A stretch of DNA of 32,000 bases from Halalkalibacterium halodurans (GTDB lineage: Bacteria; Bacillota; Bacilli; Bacillales; Bacillaceae_D). A program made the translations under genes and the position numbers. The DNA lies in NCBI RefSeq assembly GCF_004376175.1, contig NZ_SNUY01000025.1, forward strand, positions 16,233 through 48,232, in the 5' to 3' direction. This document shows, in pieces, positions 19,489 through 29,730 of this stretch. The notes beneath the pieces were generated by a model. The model worked only from the letters and a program-made list of their open reading frames with translations, had not been told where the DNA came from and made no database searches. Within the stretch, counting starts at the first letter, position 1, and each line of letters starts with the position of its first letter.

Positions 19489-20440
19489 CCTGTCCTCCTA
19501 ACACACTTCCAACCGATAGCTGACTTCCTGCCCCGCGCAAAAAGTCCCTTGCCAGCATACGTTTTTTCCCAGCTGGCTGGAGATCTGTCACTTTCAGCGC
19601 AGTTTCGTCACCTGTGGCAACGAGAAAACCGTTTTCCTCCAAGGCTATAACGGTACCTGGGGCTTCTTTTTTCGGGCTGCTCACTTTTTCAGCCCACCAT
19701 ATTTTCATTGGCTTCCCATTCCAAAGCGTATAAGCCACTGGCCATGGATGGAGTCCGCGAATTTGATTGTAAATTCGTTCTCCCTCCTTACGCCAATCGA
19801 TCTCTTCTTTCTCACGGGTAATGTTTGGAGCAAACGTGGCGAGCTGATCGTCTTGCGGAATCGACTGGAGTTCGCCTTTAATCAGCGGCGGAATTGTTTT
19901 TGCTAATAAGGCTGCCCCGGCCTCACTTAGTTTATTATGCAAAGACCCGACATGATCGTCATCCACAATTGGGACAGTCACTTGTGTTAAAATGTCACCT
20001 GCGTCTAGCTTCTCAGCCATGTACATAATCGTAATCCCTGTTTCTTTTTCACCATCAATGATCGCTTGATGAATCGGCGCCCCGCCGCGATACTTCGGCA
20101 ATAACGATGCGTGAACGTTAATGCAGCCATGCTTCGGATACTCAAGCAAAGCGTTAGGAAGAATTTGTCCGAACGCGGCTGTTACAATAAGATCAGGTTC
20201 AAAGGAAAACAGACGCTCTAGCTCGGCCTCGTCCCGAATTTTTTCTGGTTGCAAAACCGGAATTTGATGCTTCTCCGCCTCCACCTTCACCGGCGGCGGG
20301 GTTAACACCCGTTTTCGTCCAACTGGGCGATCTGGCTGGGTGACAACAGCTGCGATCGTATATCCATCTTCAATTAAACGACGAAGCACCGGAACAGAGA
20401 AGTCCGGTGTCCCCATAAAGACAATCTTCATTCGTTCCAT
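19478..20440 (-). CDS. fmt: Methionyl-tRNA formyltransferase
   Basis: [32 protein letters not shown]. The alternative ATG at 20431 (MKIVFMGTP) is equally possible. Confidence 0.92.
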   Translation of the reverse strand: MERMKIVFMGTPDFSVPVLRRLIEDGYTIAAVVTQPDRPVGRKRVLTPPPVKVEAEKHQIPVLQPEKIRDEAELERLFSFEPDLIVTAAFGQILPNALLEYPKHGCINVHASLLPKYRGGAPIHQAIIDGEKETGITIMYMAEKLDAGDILTQVTVPIVDDDHVGSLHNKLSEAGAALLAKTIPPLIKGELQSIPQDDQLATFAPNITREKEEIDWRKEGERIYNQIRGLHPWPVAYTLWNGKPMKIWWAEKVSSPKKEAPGTVIALEENGFLVATGDETALKVTDLQPAGKKRMLARDFLRGAGSQLSVGSVLGGQDGS

Positions 20441-20462
20441 CTACCTTTCCATTAGTCGCATT

Positions 20463-22877
20463 TTACATAAACAGATAAGGCTGTCTATCAATGTTTACCT
20501 GCAATTCGCCACGGCTCGTTTCCTGCAAAAAGTGCTGACGAATTTCACGTAGAATTCGGCTTAATTCTGGTTCATTTTTGTATTTTATCAGACATTGGTA
20601 ACGATATCTATCGTTGATCCTCGCAATCGGTGAGACGACTGGCCCTAAGACGATCGCTCGGTCATCTAACTGCTCTCTTAAGAAGCGGACAATCTTCTCC
20701 GATACATCAATGACCTTCGTAATTTGTGAGTGACTAATATGAATGAGTGTTAAATAATAGTACGGCGGGTAGCCTCCTTGCCTGCGATACATCATTTCTG
20801 TCTCAAAGTAAGACAAATAATCGTGTTGCTTCACGAGTTCGATGCTGTAATGGTCTGGCGAGTACGTCTGCACAACGACCTCTCCAGGCAGCGTGTGACG
20901 CCCGGCCCGGCCGCTCACTTGTGATAACAGTTGAAACGTCCGTTCGGTCGCACGAAAGTCTGGTAAGTGCAACATCGCGTCCGCTGCCAGGATTCCCACG
21001 AGGGTTATGTTCGGAAAATCCAATCCTTTGGCGATCATCTGCGTCCCAAGCAAAATGTCAGCTTCCCCTTGACCGAACTGTTTCAGCAGCTGTTCATGGG
21101 CTCCCTTTTTTCGCGTCGTGTCTACATCCATACGGATGACTCTAGCCTCAGGCAACACTTTTGTCAATTCTTCTTCCACCTTTTGTGTACCTGAGCCGAA
21201 AAAACGGATATGTTCACTCCCACACGACTTACACACCTTCGGCATCGGCTCTTCATGGCCGCAGTAGTGACATTTTAACGAATGGTTGCTCCGATGGTAC
21301 GTAAGGGAAATGTCACAGTGCTCACATGTAGCTACATACCCACAGTCTCGACACATGACGAACGTTGAATACCCTCGTCTATTTAAAAATAAAACGCTTT
21401 GTTCCCCTCGTTCAAGCCGTTGCTTTAACTTAGAAAACAATGCTTCTGAAAACATGGAGCGATTACCGCCTCTCAGCTCTTCCCGCATGTCAACTACCTC
21501 AACGGTCGGCATCGGGCGGTCGTTCACACGCTCTGTCAAAGAGAGGAGCGTATACACCCCTTTTTTCGCCCGTGCATAGGACTCTAACGCAGGCGTTGCA
21601 CTTCCTAAAATAACCGGGCACCGATGATACCGTCCGCGGAACATCGCCACATCCCTTGCATGATAACGGGGCGCTTCTTCTTGCTTGTACGTACTTTCAT
21701 GTTCTTCATCAATAATAATAATCCCTAAATTTTCAAATGGCGCAAAAATAGCGGAACGGGCACCGACGACAACCTGTACTTCACGGCGATGAATCTTCCG
21801 CCATTCATCATACTTTTCACCAACGGACAGCCCAGAATGCATAACAGCCACTTTTGAACCGAACCGGCTGCGAAACCGATGAACCATTTGGGGAGTAAGG
21901 GAGATTTCCGGAACGAGAACGATCGCTTGCTTCCCTTTCGCGAGGACACGGTTGATCGCTTGCAAATAAATCTCTGTCTTCCCACTCCCAGTTACGCCAT
22001 GAAGAAGAAACGGCTCATGTCGGTTCTCTTCGATGCTTCTCGCAATTGGCGTAGCAACGTTCTGTTGGGCAATGGTTAACGGAAGGGGTTCCGTTCGCTC
22101 GACATCTTTCTCAAGAAACGGGTCGCGATAAACTTCTTCCTCAATTTCCTTCACTAGCCCTTTATCCATAAGTCCCTTTAAGGTTGCTCGCGTTGTCTCT
22201 AGCGCTTCAATTAACGAGAGGGACGGATAACGACCGCCTTGCTCGGCTAAGAACAACCACATGTCCCGCTGCTTTTTCGCTCGTTTCGGAATCTGTTCAA
22301 GTCCTTCGTCTTTGTTTACGTGACTTAATTGGACGGTGATTCGCTCTGTTTTTTTTCGACCCTTGTCTTCAACTACATACGTCCATTCAAGCAACTGCTC
22401 GTTCAATGCCGATTTCACATGCTGTAGCACTTCTTTTCTTTCGTTGGCAAGCGTTTCCCACGTTATGGCGTCTTGCGTTTGAAAATAAGGTCGGATAGCG
22501 CTCGGAAGCTTGTCCACTTCGGTCAGCAAACGTAGCTGTTTGATCACCTTTGTCCGCATCGCAGCTGGCAGCATCGCCTGGTAAGCAGATACTTGAAAGC
22601 AGAGCGTCTCATCCGTTAGCCATTCCCCTAACTCCAGTAGTTCCTGTGTCAGGACGGGCTTACCGTCAAGGACATCCGCCAACTCTTTTAATTTACCTTT
22701 ATTCACGCTAGATTCGTGCTTCACCGCCAGAACAAACCCTTGAACCTTCCTTGGTCCAAAAGGCACAACGACACGCAATCCGGACTCAATGATCGACTCC
22801 AGTCGTTCTGGTACAAGGTAATCGTACCGACGGTCGGTTTGCATCGTTGGCACATCGACGACGACTTCAACGATCAT
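20463..22877 (-). CDS. priA: Primosomal replication restart helicase PriA
   Basis: 804 aa with GVTGSGKTE Walker A, DEEH, a Cys-rich Zn-binding insert (CRDCGYVATCEHCDISLTYH...CHYCGH...CKSCGS). Its start overlaps the coaBC stop (ATGA). Confidence 0.95.
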   Translation of the reverse strand: MIVEVVVDVPTMQTDRRYDYLVPERLESIIESGLRVVVPFGPRKVQGFVLAVKHESSVNKGKLKELADVLDGKPVLTQELLELGEWLTDETLCFQVSAYQAMLPAAMRTKVIKQLRLLTEVDKLPSAIRPYFQTQDAITWETLANERKEVLQHVKSALNEQLLEWTYVVEDKGRKKTERITVQLSHVNKDEGLEQIPKRAKKQRDMWLFLAEQGGRYPSLSLIEALETTRATLKGLMDKGLVKEIEEEVYRDPFLEKDVERTEPLPLTIAQQNVATPIARSIEENRHEPFLLHGVTGSGKTEIYLQAINRVLAKGKQAIVLVPEISLTPQMVHRFRSRFGSKVAVMHSGLSVGEKYDEWRKIHRREVQVVVGARSAIFAPFENLGIIIIDEEHESTYKQEEAPRYHARDVAMFRGRYHRCPVILGSATPALESYARAKKGVYTLLSLTERVNDRPMPTVEVVDMREELRGGNRSMFSEALFSKLKQRLERGEQSVLFLNRRGYSTFVMCRDCGYVATCEHCDISLTYHRSNHSLKCHYCGHEEPMPKVCKSCGSEHIRFFGSGTQKVEEELTKVLPEARVIRMDVDTTRKKGAHEQLLKQFGQGEADILLGTQMIAKGLDFPNITLVGILAADAMLHLPDFRATERTFQLLSQVSGRAGRHTLPGEVVVQTYSPDHYSIELVKQHDYLSYFETEMMYRRQGGYPPYYYLTLIHISHSQITKVIDVSEKIVRFLREQLDDRAIVLGPVVSPIARINDRYRYQCLIKYKNEPELSRILREIRQHFLQETSRGELQVNIDRQPYLFM

Positions 22878-24088
22878 TGGTTCTCTCTTCCTTTTTCCAA
22901 TTGTTCGCTAATCATCATGATCAGACAGTGTGCCACTTCGTCTTTTGTCATCAATGGCAAAGGCTTCACGTCTCCTTGCTTAAAATAAACCGTCACTCGG
23001 TTCGTATCGATTTGAAACCCTGCTCCTTCCTCGGTTACATTGTTCGCCACAATCATATCTGCGTTTTTTTCTTTTAGTTTTTTTTGTGCGTATGTTTCTA
23101 CTTCTTGCGATTCTGCTGCAAAACCAACGAGGAATTGGCTTTCTTTCTTTTCGCCTAACGTCTTTAAAATGTCAACCGTTCGTTCAAGTTCAATCACCCA
23201 GTCGCCGTCCTTCTTTTTCACTTTCTGCTCATGGACTACCCTCGGGCGATAATCAGCCACGGCTGCTGTTTTGATTACGACATCGGCATCGGAGAATTCA
23301 GCCAAGACCGCTTCATACATGTCTTGTGCAGATTTGACATTCACGACGCTAACCCCATCGGGCTTTTCTAGTGAAGTTGGTCCAGAAATGAGCGTTACGT
23401 TTCCACCAAAGTCTCGCGCTGCTTTCGCTAACGCATACCCCATTTTTCCTGACGAGCGATTCGTAAAAAAACGGATAGGATCAATTGTTTCCTGCGTCGG
23501 CCCAGCAGTGATCACGATCTTTTTCCCCGCTAAGCTTGACGATGGTGGGGTAAAGTGGACTTCGATTGTTTTCAACAAATCTTCCGGTTCAGGCATACGC
23601 CCTTTTCCGATCCAGCCACAAGCTAAATAACCAGCACCCGGCTCCAGCAGCCGATAGCCATCCTTCGCGAGCTGCTGCATATTTCGTTGCACGGCAGGGT
23701 GTTCATACATGTTGACATTCATCGCTGGTGCGAGATAAATGGGTGCTTTCGTTGCCAATAACATCGTTGAGAGCATGTCATCTGCAACCCCGTTGGCTAA
23801 TTTACCGATCAAGTTGGCCGTCGCTGGCGCAATGATGATCACGTCTGCCCAATCGGCAAGCTGAATATGAGCAATTTCGCTCGGATCTGGTTCTGAAAAT
23901 GTGTCATCGTAGACCGGATGCCGGGTCAATGCTTGGAACGTGAGCGGAGTGACAAATTTTTTCGCCCCCTCTGTCATGACAACCTTCACTTCAGCACCTG
24001 CTTGGACGAGCTTACTCGCGAAAGCGGCTGATTTAAACGCGGCAATCCCTCCTGATACACCTAAAACGACGCGTTTCCCTTGTAGCAT
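22874..24088 (-). CDS. coaBC: Bifunctional phosphopantothenoylcysteine decarboxylase / synthetase
   Basis: GVSGGIAAFK flavoprotein N-domain and a CoaB C-domain (ITAGPT, NRSSGKMG). GGGGGA SD. Confidence 0.95.
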   Translation of the reverse strand: MLQGKRVVLGVSGGIAAFKSAAFASKLVQAGAEVKVVMTEGAKKFVTPLTFQALTRHPVYDDTFSEPDPSEIAHIQLADWADVIIIAPATANLIGKLANGVADDMLSTMLLATKAPIYLAPAMNVNMYEHPAVQRNMQQLAKDGYRLLEPGAGYLACGWIGKGRMPEPEDLLKTIEVHFTPPSSSLAGKKIVITAGPTQETIDPIRFFTNRSSGKMGYALAKAARDFGGNVTLISGPTSLEKPDGVSVVNVKSAQDMYEAVLAEFSDADVVIKTAAVADYRPRVVHEQKVKKKDGDWVIELERTVDILKTLGEKKESQFLVGFAAESQEVETYAQKKLKEKNADMIVANNVTEEGAGFQIDTNRVTVYFKQGDVKPLPLMTKDEVAHCLIMMISEQLEKGRENQ

Positions 24089-24335
24089 GTCCTATCCCCC
24101 ATTTTGTTCTGATCTCAGACTTTCACATGAGAAGAGCTTAGCTTACCGCCAAGCTTTACTAGCCAGAGCGGCGTTTTTCGTATTCTTTAATCCTTCCATA
24201 ATTAAAGTGATAGAAACGCTTGGCTCATCACCAAATCGCGAAAGCCTTTGGTTTTAATACGGCCCTTTTTTGCCCTCTTTTGTGCAAAAACCCCAACATT
24301 TATTGTAGAGCCTAAAAATAAGTGTTTGACAGTAT

Positions 24336-24368
24336 AAGAAAACAACCTAAGCCATAATGGATAGGTTG
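24336..24368 (-). terminator. Probable terminator after rpoZ
   Basis: On the minus strand: CAACCTA / TAGGTTG (24368-24362 / 24349-24343) with additional inner pairs, followed by TTTTCTT. It starts about 17 nt after the rpoZ stop. Confidence 0.5.
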
Positions 24369-24384
24369 CCTGTCCTACTTGCTT

Positions 24385-24591
24385 TTACTGTTCTTTCCGT
24401 TCGTACTGAAGGTGATCTTCCGCGATTTCTTCAAGAGCGACACCAACTGGCTTGAACGATTTTGGCTTTCCTACAAGCGGTCCGCGTTGGTCGTCTTCCT
24501 TCAGTTCTCGTGCACGTTTTGCAGATACTATCACAAGGGTATATTTAGAATCTAATTTGTCCATAAGTGAATCAATTGACGGATAAAGCAT
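24385..24591 (-). CDS. rpoZ: DNA-directed RNA polymerase omega subunit
   Basis: [30 protein letters not shown], the canonical Firmicute RpoZ (YloH). It starts 1 nt after the gmk stop. Confidence 0.92.
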   Translation of the reverse strand: MLYPSIDSLMDKLDSKYTLVIVSAKRARELKEDDQRGPLVGKPKSFKPVGVALEEIAEDHLQYERKEQ

Positions 24592-24592
24592 G

Positions 24593-25282
<690 letters not shown>

Positions 25283-25320
25283 CTAAGTCCTACCTTATAA
25301 TCATTATGTACAGACGGGCG

Positions 25321-25584
25321 TTATGCTTCGCCTTCTAAATCATCTTTGCTCGTTAAACGCTGGGCCACGGTTTCAGGTTGTACTGCGCTAAGAATGACGT
25401 GATCGCTATCGGCAATTATGACCGCACGCGTTCTTCGCCCGTACGTGGCATCGATCAGCATGTTTCGGTCTCGCGCCTCTTGAATGATCCGTTTAATTGG
25501 AGCGGATTCTGGGCTGACGATTGAAATGATTCTGTTCGCTGATACAATGTTACCAAAACCGATATTGATTAATTTAATGTTCAT
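25321..25584 (-). CDS. remA: Extracellular matrix/biofilm regulator RemA (YlzA)
   Basis: [57 protein letters not shown] is highly conserved RemA sequence. Confidence 0.92.
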   Translation of the reverse strand: MNIKLINIGFGNIVSANRIISIVSPESAPIKRIIQEARDRNMLIDATYGRRTRAVIIADSDHVILSAVQPETVAQRLTSKDDLEGEA

Positions 25585-25681
25585 TCGTTTCCCCTGCCTT
25601 TGGAGAGCGCCTCGCTACTCTCATCAATTTTGCCAATCATGACCGTTCCTATACTTGTCACAATCTTATTATTCTAGCATG

Positions 25682-26566
25682 TTATTCAATATTTTGCACT
25701 TGTTCTTTCATTTTCTCTATTTCACTCTTCATCTCAACCACATGTCTGCGAATCGCCAAATGGTTGGCCTTTGAACCGATCGTGTTCGCTTCTCGGTTCA
25801 TTTCTTGTACAAGGAAATCAAGCTTTCTTCCTACAACGCCCCCGCCTGAGAGAATGTTCGCGAATTGCTCAATATGAGAACGAAGTCGCGTAAGTTCTTC
25901 CGAAATATCACTTTTTTCTGCAAAAAGGGCCACCTCAGCCAGAAGCCTACTTTCATCCAACTGGCTCTCAAAGCCCGATAAAAATTCATTGACCCGCTTT
26001 CGCAACTTGTCCCGGTAATGATCAACCACCTCTGGACTGTACGTATCAATTTGTTCGACAAGCTCACTCATGATGTTAAGGCGAACGTCAAGATCTTGTT
26101 TTAAGTGGCTTCCTTCCTCCATCCGCATGTGTCGCAAATCGTGAACCGCTTTCTCCATTGCTTGTTTGATCACCTGGATAAGCTCTTCATCCACTTCCCC
26201 TGCCTCATTGACTTGGACAAGCTGGTCAGAAAAGAGCAGAGAGGGAATATCGAGCACATGCTCCTGATTAATGGTCTGAGCGATTTTTCGTGAAGCTGCC
26301 TCATATTGTTTGAGCAGATCCCAATCGACTTCAAGTTCTCTTTTTGTCAACGCTTCTCCTTCTATTTTAATAAAAACATCAAGCTTTCCGCGTTGCACAG
26401 CATTTTTCGCGATTTTTTTCAGCTCTTCTTCTAAGAAAGATAATGGTCTCGGCAGGCGGCAATTCCATTCAAAAAAGCGATGGTTGACTGATCGAAGCTC
26501 AACCGTTGCTTTAAATGCATCGCCTTCAATCGAAGCGAACCCATACCCTGTCATGCTTGCTATCAT
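25682..26566 (-). CDS. yloC: YicC-family stress-induced endoribonuclease YloC
   Basis: SMTGYG N-terminus, VNHRF, and a C-terminal DUF1732 pattern (EMNREANTIGSKA). ATG at 26566 (MIASMTGYG) is preferred. The track start at 26581 is a GTG without a better SD. Confidence 0.88.
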   Translation of the reverse strand: MIASMTGYGFASIEGDAFKATVELRSVNHRFFEWNCRLPRPLSFLEEELKKIAKNAVQRGKLDVFIKIEGEALTKRELEVDWDLLKQYEAASRKIAQTINQEHVLDIPSLLFSDQLVQVNEAGEVDEELIQVIKQAMEKAVHDLRHMRMEEGSHLKQDLDVRLNIMSELVEQIDTYSPEVVDHYRDKLRKRVNEFLSGFESQLDESRLLAEVALFAEKSDISEELTRLRSHIEQFANILSGGGVVGRKLDFLVQEMNREANTIGSKANHLAIRRHVVEMKSEIEKMKEQVQNIE

Positions 26567-26587
26567 GTCTATCACATCCACAACGTT

Positions 26588-26617
26588 ATTTTAACAAAAT
26601 CATATGGGCTCAAACAA
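26588..26617 (-). promoter_or_regulatory. Candidate sigma-A promoter for yloC
   Basis: On the minus strand: TTGTTT (26617-26612), 18 nt, TAAAAT (26593-26588). This implies a short leader. Confidence 0.35.
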
Positions 26618-26832
26618 GTAAAGATAACGTCGCTTGCTTGAGAAAAATCGAGATGACAGTAGAAAACAGCTGAAAACGGCACTTTTCCCCCTCTCTTGCA
26701 CGAAGAGAAATGAGCGTTTGTGAAAAACATTCGAAACTCCGCCTTCTATCATCCTTTGATGAACCTGATGGCATAAGGAAAGCCTGGCTCCACCTATTTT
26801 CGTTTTCTCTGGAACGCAGGCTAGCCCTCTAT

Positions 26833-29541
26833 TTATTTTGCCTTTAGTAAGCGAAATCCTCCTAAAACGACGGTTGGAATTGCAGCCATTCCGATAATGA
26901 GTAACCATTCACGCCCGGTTAACGGAACGGTATGGAACACTTGCTGTAATGGAGGGTAATAGATCACGATCAGCATTAATAAAACGGACGAAAGTACCGC
27001 TAGGACTAAATATTTGTTCTCAAATGGGTTACGGTGAAAAACCGAATATTCACTTCGGCAATCAAACACGTGAATGAGCTGAGCCATCACAAGGGTAACA
27101 AAGGCCACGGACTGAGCTCTAGTCAAATCGTCTGGATTCGCTTGTAACGTCAGCCAGAAAGCGGCCAATGTGACAACGCCAATCATAAATCCCCGGCTCA
27201 CGATTTTCCATGCAAGCCCCCTAGCAAATATCCCTTCTCGCGGATGGCGGGGCGGCCGCTTCATAACGTTTCCTTCGGGCTGATCCATCCCGAGCGCCAT
27301 TGCAGGCAAACCATCAGTCACGAGATTAATCCAGAGAATTTGCGTCGCAACGAGCGGCAAAGGCATGCCGAGCAACATGGCAAACAGCATAACAAGTATT
27401 TCCCCTACGTTTGACGCAAGCATGTAGCGAATGAACTTGCGAATGTTATCGTAAATGTTCCGCCCTTCGCGAATGGCGGCGCGAATCGTCGCAAAGTTAT
27501 CATCGCTCAAAATAAGGGAAGAGGCCTCTTTTGCTACATCCGTTCCCGTAATCCCCATGGCAATCCCGATATTCGCTGCTTTGATCGCTGGAGCGTCGTT
27601 GACTCCATCGCCTGTCATGGCTACAATGTGGCCCCGCTCCTGCATGGCCTTGACAATCTTCAATTTATGTTCGGGAGAAACTCTTGCGTATACGTAGATT
27701 TGATCGACCATCTCGGTTAGCCTACGATCTGTTAAGTGGTTAAGCTCCGTCCCATCTATGACTTTCCCTCCAGCGGGTAAAATGCCAAGCTTTTTCGCTA
27801 TCGCAGCCGCCGTAAGCCGGTGATCACCTGTAATCATAACGGTTTTAATTCCTGCTTGACGGCATTCTTCAATCGAATCAAACACTTCTTCACGTGGAGG
27901 ATCGATCATCCCTTGTAAACCGATAAACGTAAGGTCACACTCTGCTTCATAAGCTTCGTCTACCGACTCATTTGGCCTGAGCGGTCTGTAGGCAACGGCA
28001 ATCGTTCGTAGCGCCTGTGATGCCATCGTTTGAATCGTCCGCTCTACCTCTTCCCGGCGTTTGGGGGTTAACGCTTCCTGCTCTCCGCGATAACGGATTT
28101 TTTTACTCACCTGTAAGATGACATCGGGTGCACCCTTCGCCACGACAAAACGCTGCCCTTTCTCATTTTCAACAACGACGCTCATCATTTTGCGGGTCGA
28201 TTCGAACGGAAATTCTTTCAGCCTTTTAAACTGTCTATCTAATTGTTCCCGGGAGAAGCCTGCCTTCATGGCGGCAACTAACAGGGCCCCTTCCGTCGGA
28301 TCGCCTTCGATGTGGTAGGCTGTGCTTTCCTTTGTTTTCAGCATCCCTTTTTTTACCGTCCGCTGCTTCAACTGTGAATTATTGCATAAGAGCCCGTAAG
28401 AGAGCAAGAGATGTAAACTCCGGTGCCTTTTCGGGTCCGTTTCTTTTTTCCCTTTCGTAAAAAGACCATGGGGCTCATAGCCCGTCCCTGACACATGCCA
28501 TGTTTCACCACTTGCCCATACTTGCGTCACCGTCATTTTATTTTGCGTGAGCGTGCCTGTTTTATCAGAGCAAATGACGGAGGCACAGCCGAGCGTTTCC
28601 ACAGCGGGCAGCTTTCGGACAATTGCTCTTCTCTTGATCATCCGCTGCACCCCTAGGGCAAGGGCAACGGTCACGATAGCCGGTAATCCTTCTGGGATTG
28701 CAGCCACGGCAAGGGAAACTCCGGCAAGAAACATTGTGTACGCATCATGACCCTGTATGACCCCAATGACGACAACCATTGCCGTAAGTAAAAGCGCAAC
28801 AGCGATCAACACTTTCCCTAGTTGCTCAAGCTTTCGTTGTAACGGCGTAATGACCGTTTCCGTCGTTTGCAACAGGTGAGCGATTTTGCCCATCTCAGTT
28901 TTCATTCCTGTTGCTACCACAATCCCTATTCCTTGCCCCTCGGTGACAAGGGTACCCATAAACGCCATGTTCGCTTGGTCGCCTAGCTGTAAGTCGGTCT
29001 GCTCCATTCTGTCCCCATGCTTATGAACGGGAAGCGACTCACCTGTTAAAGAGGACTCCTCAATGCGAAGGCTTGCCGTTTCAAGTAAGCGGATATCCGC
29101 CCCAACTCGGTCACCGCTTGTTAGTTTCACTACATCGCCAGGGACAACAGTAGCGGCTGGAACCTTTAACCATTTGCCATCACGTAAAACGACCATTTGC
29201 GGTGCTGATAATTCTTTTAACGCCGAAAGGGATTTTTCTGCCTTTCGTTCCTGAATAAATCCGAGGACGCCATTTAGTAGAATAATTAAAATGATGGTAA
29301 TAGCGTCAATATATTCTCCAAGCAAGCCCGAAATAAGCGTAGCTGCAAGAAGGACGAGAACCATGAAATCTTTAAATTGCATAAAGAAGAGAATCAAGGC
29401 TGACACCGATTCCCCTTCGTCCAGTTTATTGAAGCCAACCCTTTTTAATCGTTTATCGACTTCCCTTTGCGGCAATCCGTCTGCCCCAAGGACCCCTGTT
29501 GCTTTTTTTACCTCTTCCTCTCCCATTTGATACCACTTCAT
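26833..29541 (-). CDS. yloB: P-type Ca2+-transporting ATPase YloB
   Basis: Full-length similarity to B. subtilis YloB with P-type motifs ([30 protein letters not shown]). ATG at 29541 with a GAGGTG SD; the track start at 29547 is an upstream GTG. Confidence 0.93.
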   Translation of the reverse strand: MKWYQMGEEEVKKATGVLGADGLPQREVDKRLKRVGFNKLDEGESVSALILFFMQFKDFMVLVLLAATLISGLLGEYIDAITIILIILLNGVLGFIQERKAEKSLSALKELSAPQMVVLRDGKWLKVPAATVVPGDVVKLTSGDRVGADIRLLETASLRIEESSLTGESLPVHKHGDRMEQTDLQLGDQANMAFMGTLVTEGQGIGIVVATGMKTEMGKIAHLLQTTETVITPLQRKLEQLGKVLIAVALLLTAMVVVIGVIQGHDAYTMFLAGVSLAVAAIPEGLPAIVTVALALGVQRMIKRRAIVRKLPAVETLGCASVICSDKTGTLTQNKMTVTQVWASGETWHVSGTGYEPHGLFTKGKKETDPKRHRSLHLLLSYGLLCNNSQLKQRTVKKGMLKTKESTAYHIEGDPTEGALLVAAMKAGFSREQLDRQFKRLKEFPFESTRKMMSVVVENEKGQRFVVAKGAPDVILQVSKKIRYRGEQEALTPKRREEVERTIQTMASQALRTIAVAYRPLRPNESVDEAYEAECDLTFIGLQGMIDPPREEVFDSIEECRQAGIKTVMITGDHRLTAAAIAKKLGILPAGGKVIDGTELNHLTDRRLTEMVDQIYVYARVSPEHKLKIVKAMQERGHIVAMTGDGVNDAPAIKAANIGIAMGITGTDVAKEASSLILSDDNFATIRAAIREGRNIYDNIRKFIRYMLASNVGEILVMLFAMLLGMPLPLVATQILWINLVTDGLPAMALGMDQPEGNVMKRPPRHPREGIFARGLAWKIVSRGFMIGVVTLAAFWLTLQANPDDLTRAQSVAFVTLVMAQLIHVFDCRSEYSVFHRNPFENKYLVLAVLSSVLLMLIVIYYPPLQQVFHTVPLTGREWLLIIGMAAIPTVVLGGFRLLKAK

Positions 29542-29730
29542 GGTCACACCTCACATCAGTTTGTCCCGTTATACAAGCCATCTTATTCAGACAAGCACCA
29601 TTTCATGCTATACTCTTGTCATTGGAGACAAACGTTTCTGTAGAAAAGCTTGGCTTGTTGCCAAGTCCTCTTCTTTTCTTAAGCGATCATGATGCGTATC
29701 CATGTATTTTTGTTTTTGAGGTGAACAGCC

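Noticed and set aside
24325-24360. Plus-strand perfect TTGACA hexamer (24325-24330), which suggested an antisense promoter facing rpoZ.
   Set aside because: There is no acceptable -10 at 16-18 nt; the nearest, CATAAT, is 21 nt away. The sequence is part of the rpoZ terminator region.
26600-26908. 102-aa minus-strand ORF overlapping the 3' end of yloB and the yloB-yloC spacer.
   Set aside because: It overlaps the well-supported yloB frame, has no SD, and its composition is Arg/Ser-rich and implausible. The spacer is better explained as the yloC promoter region.
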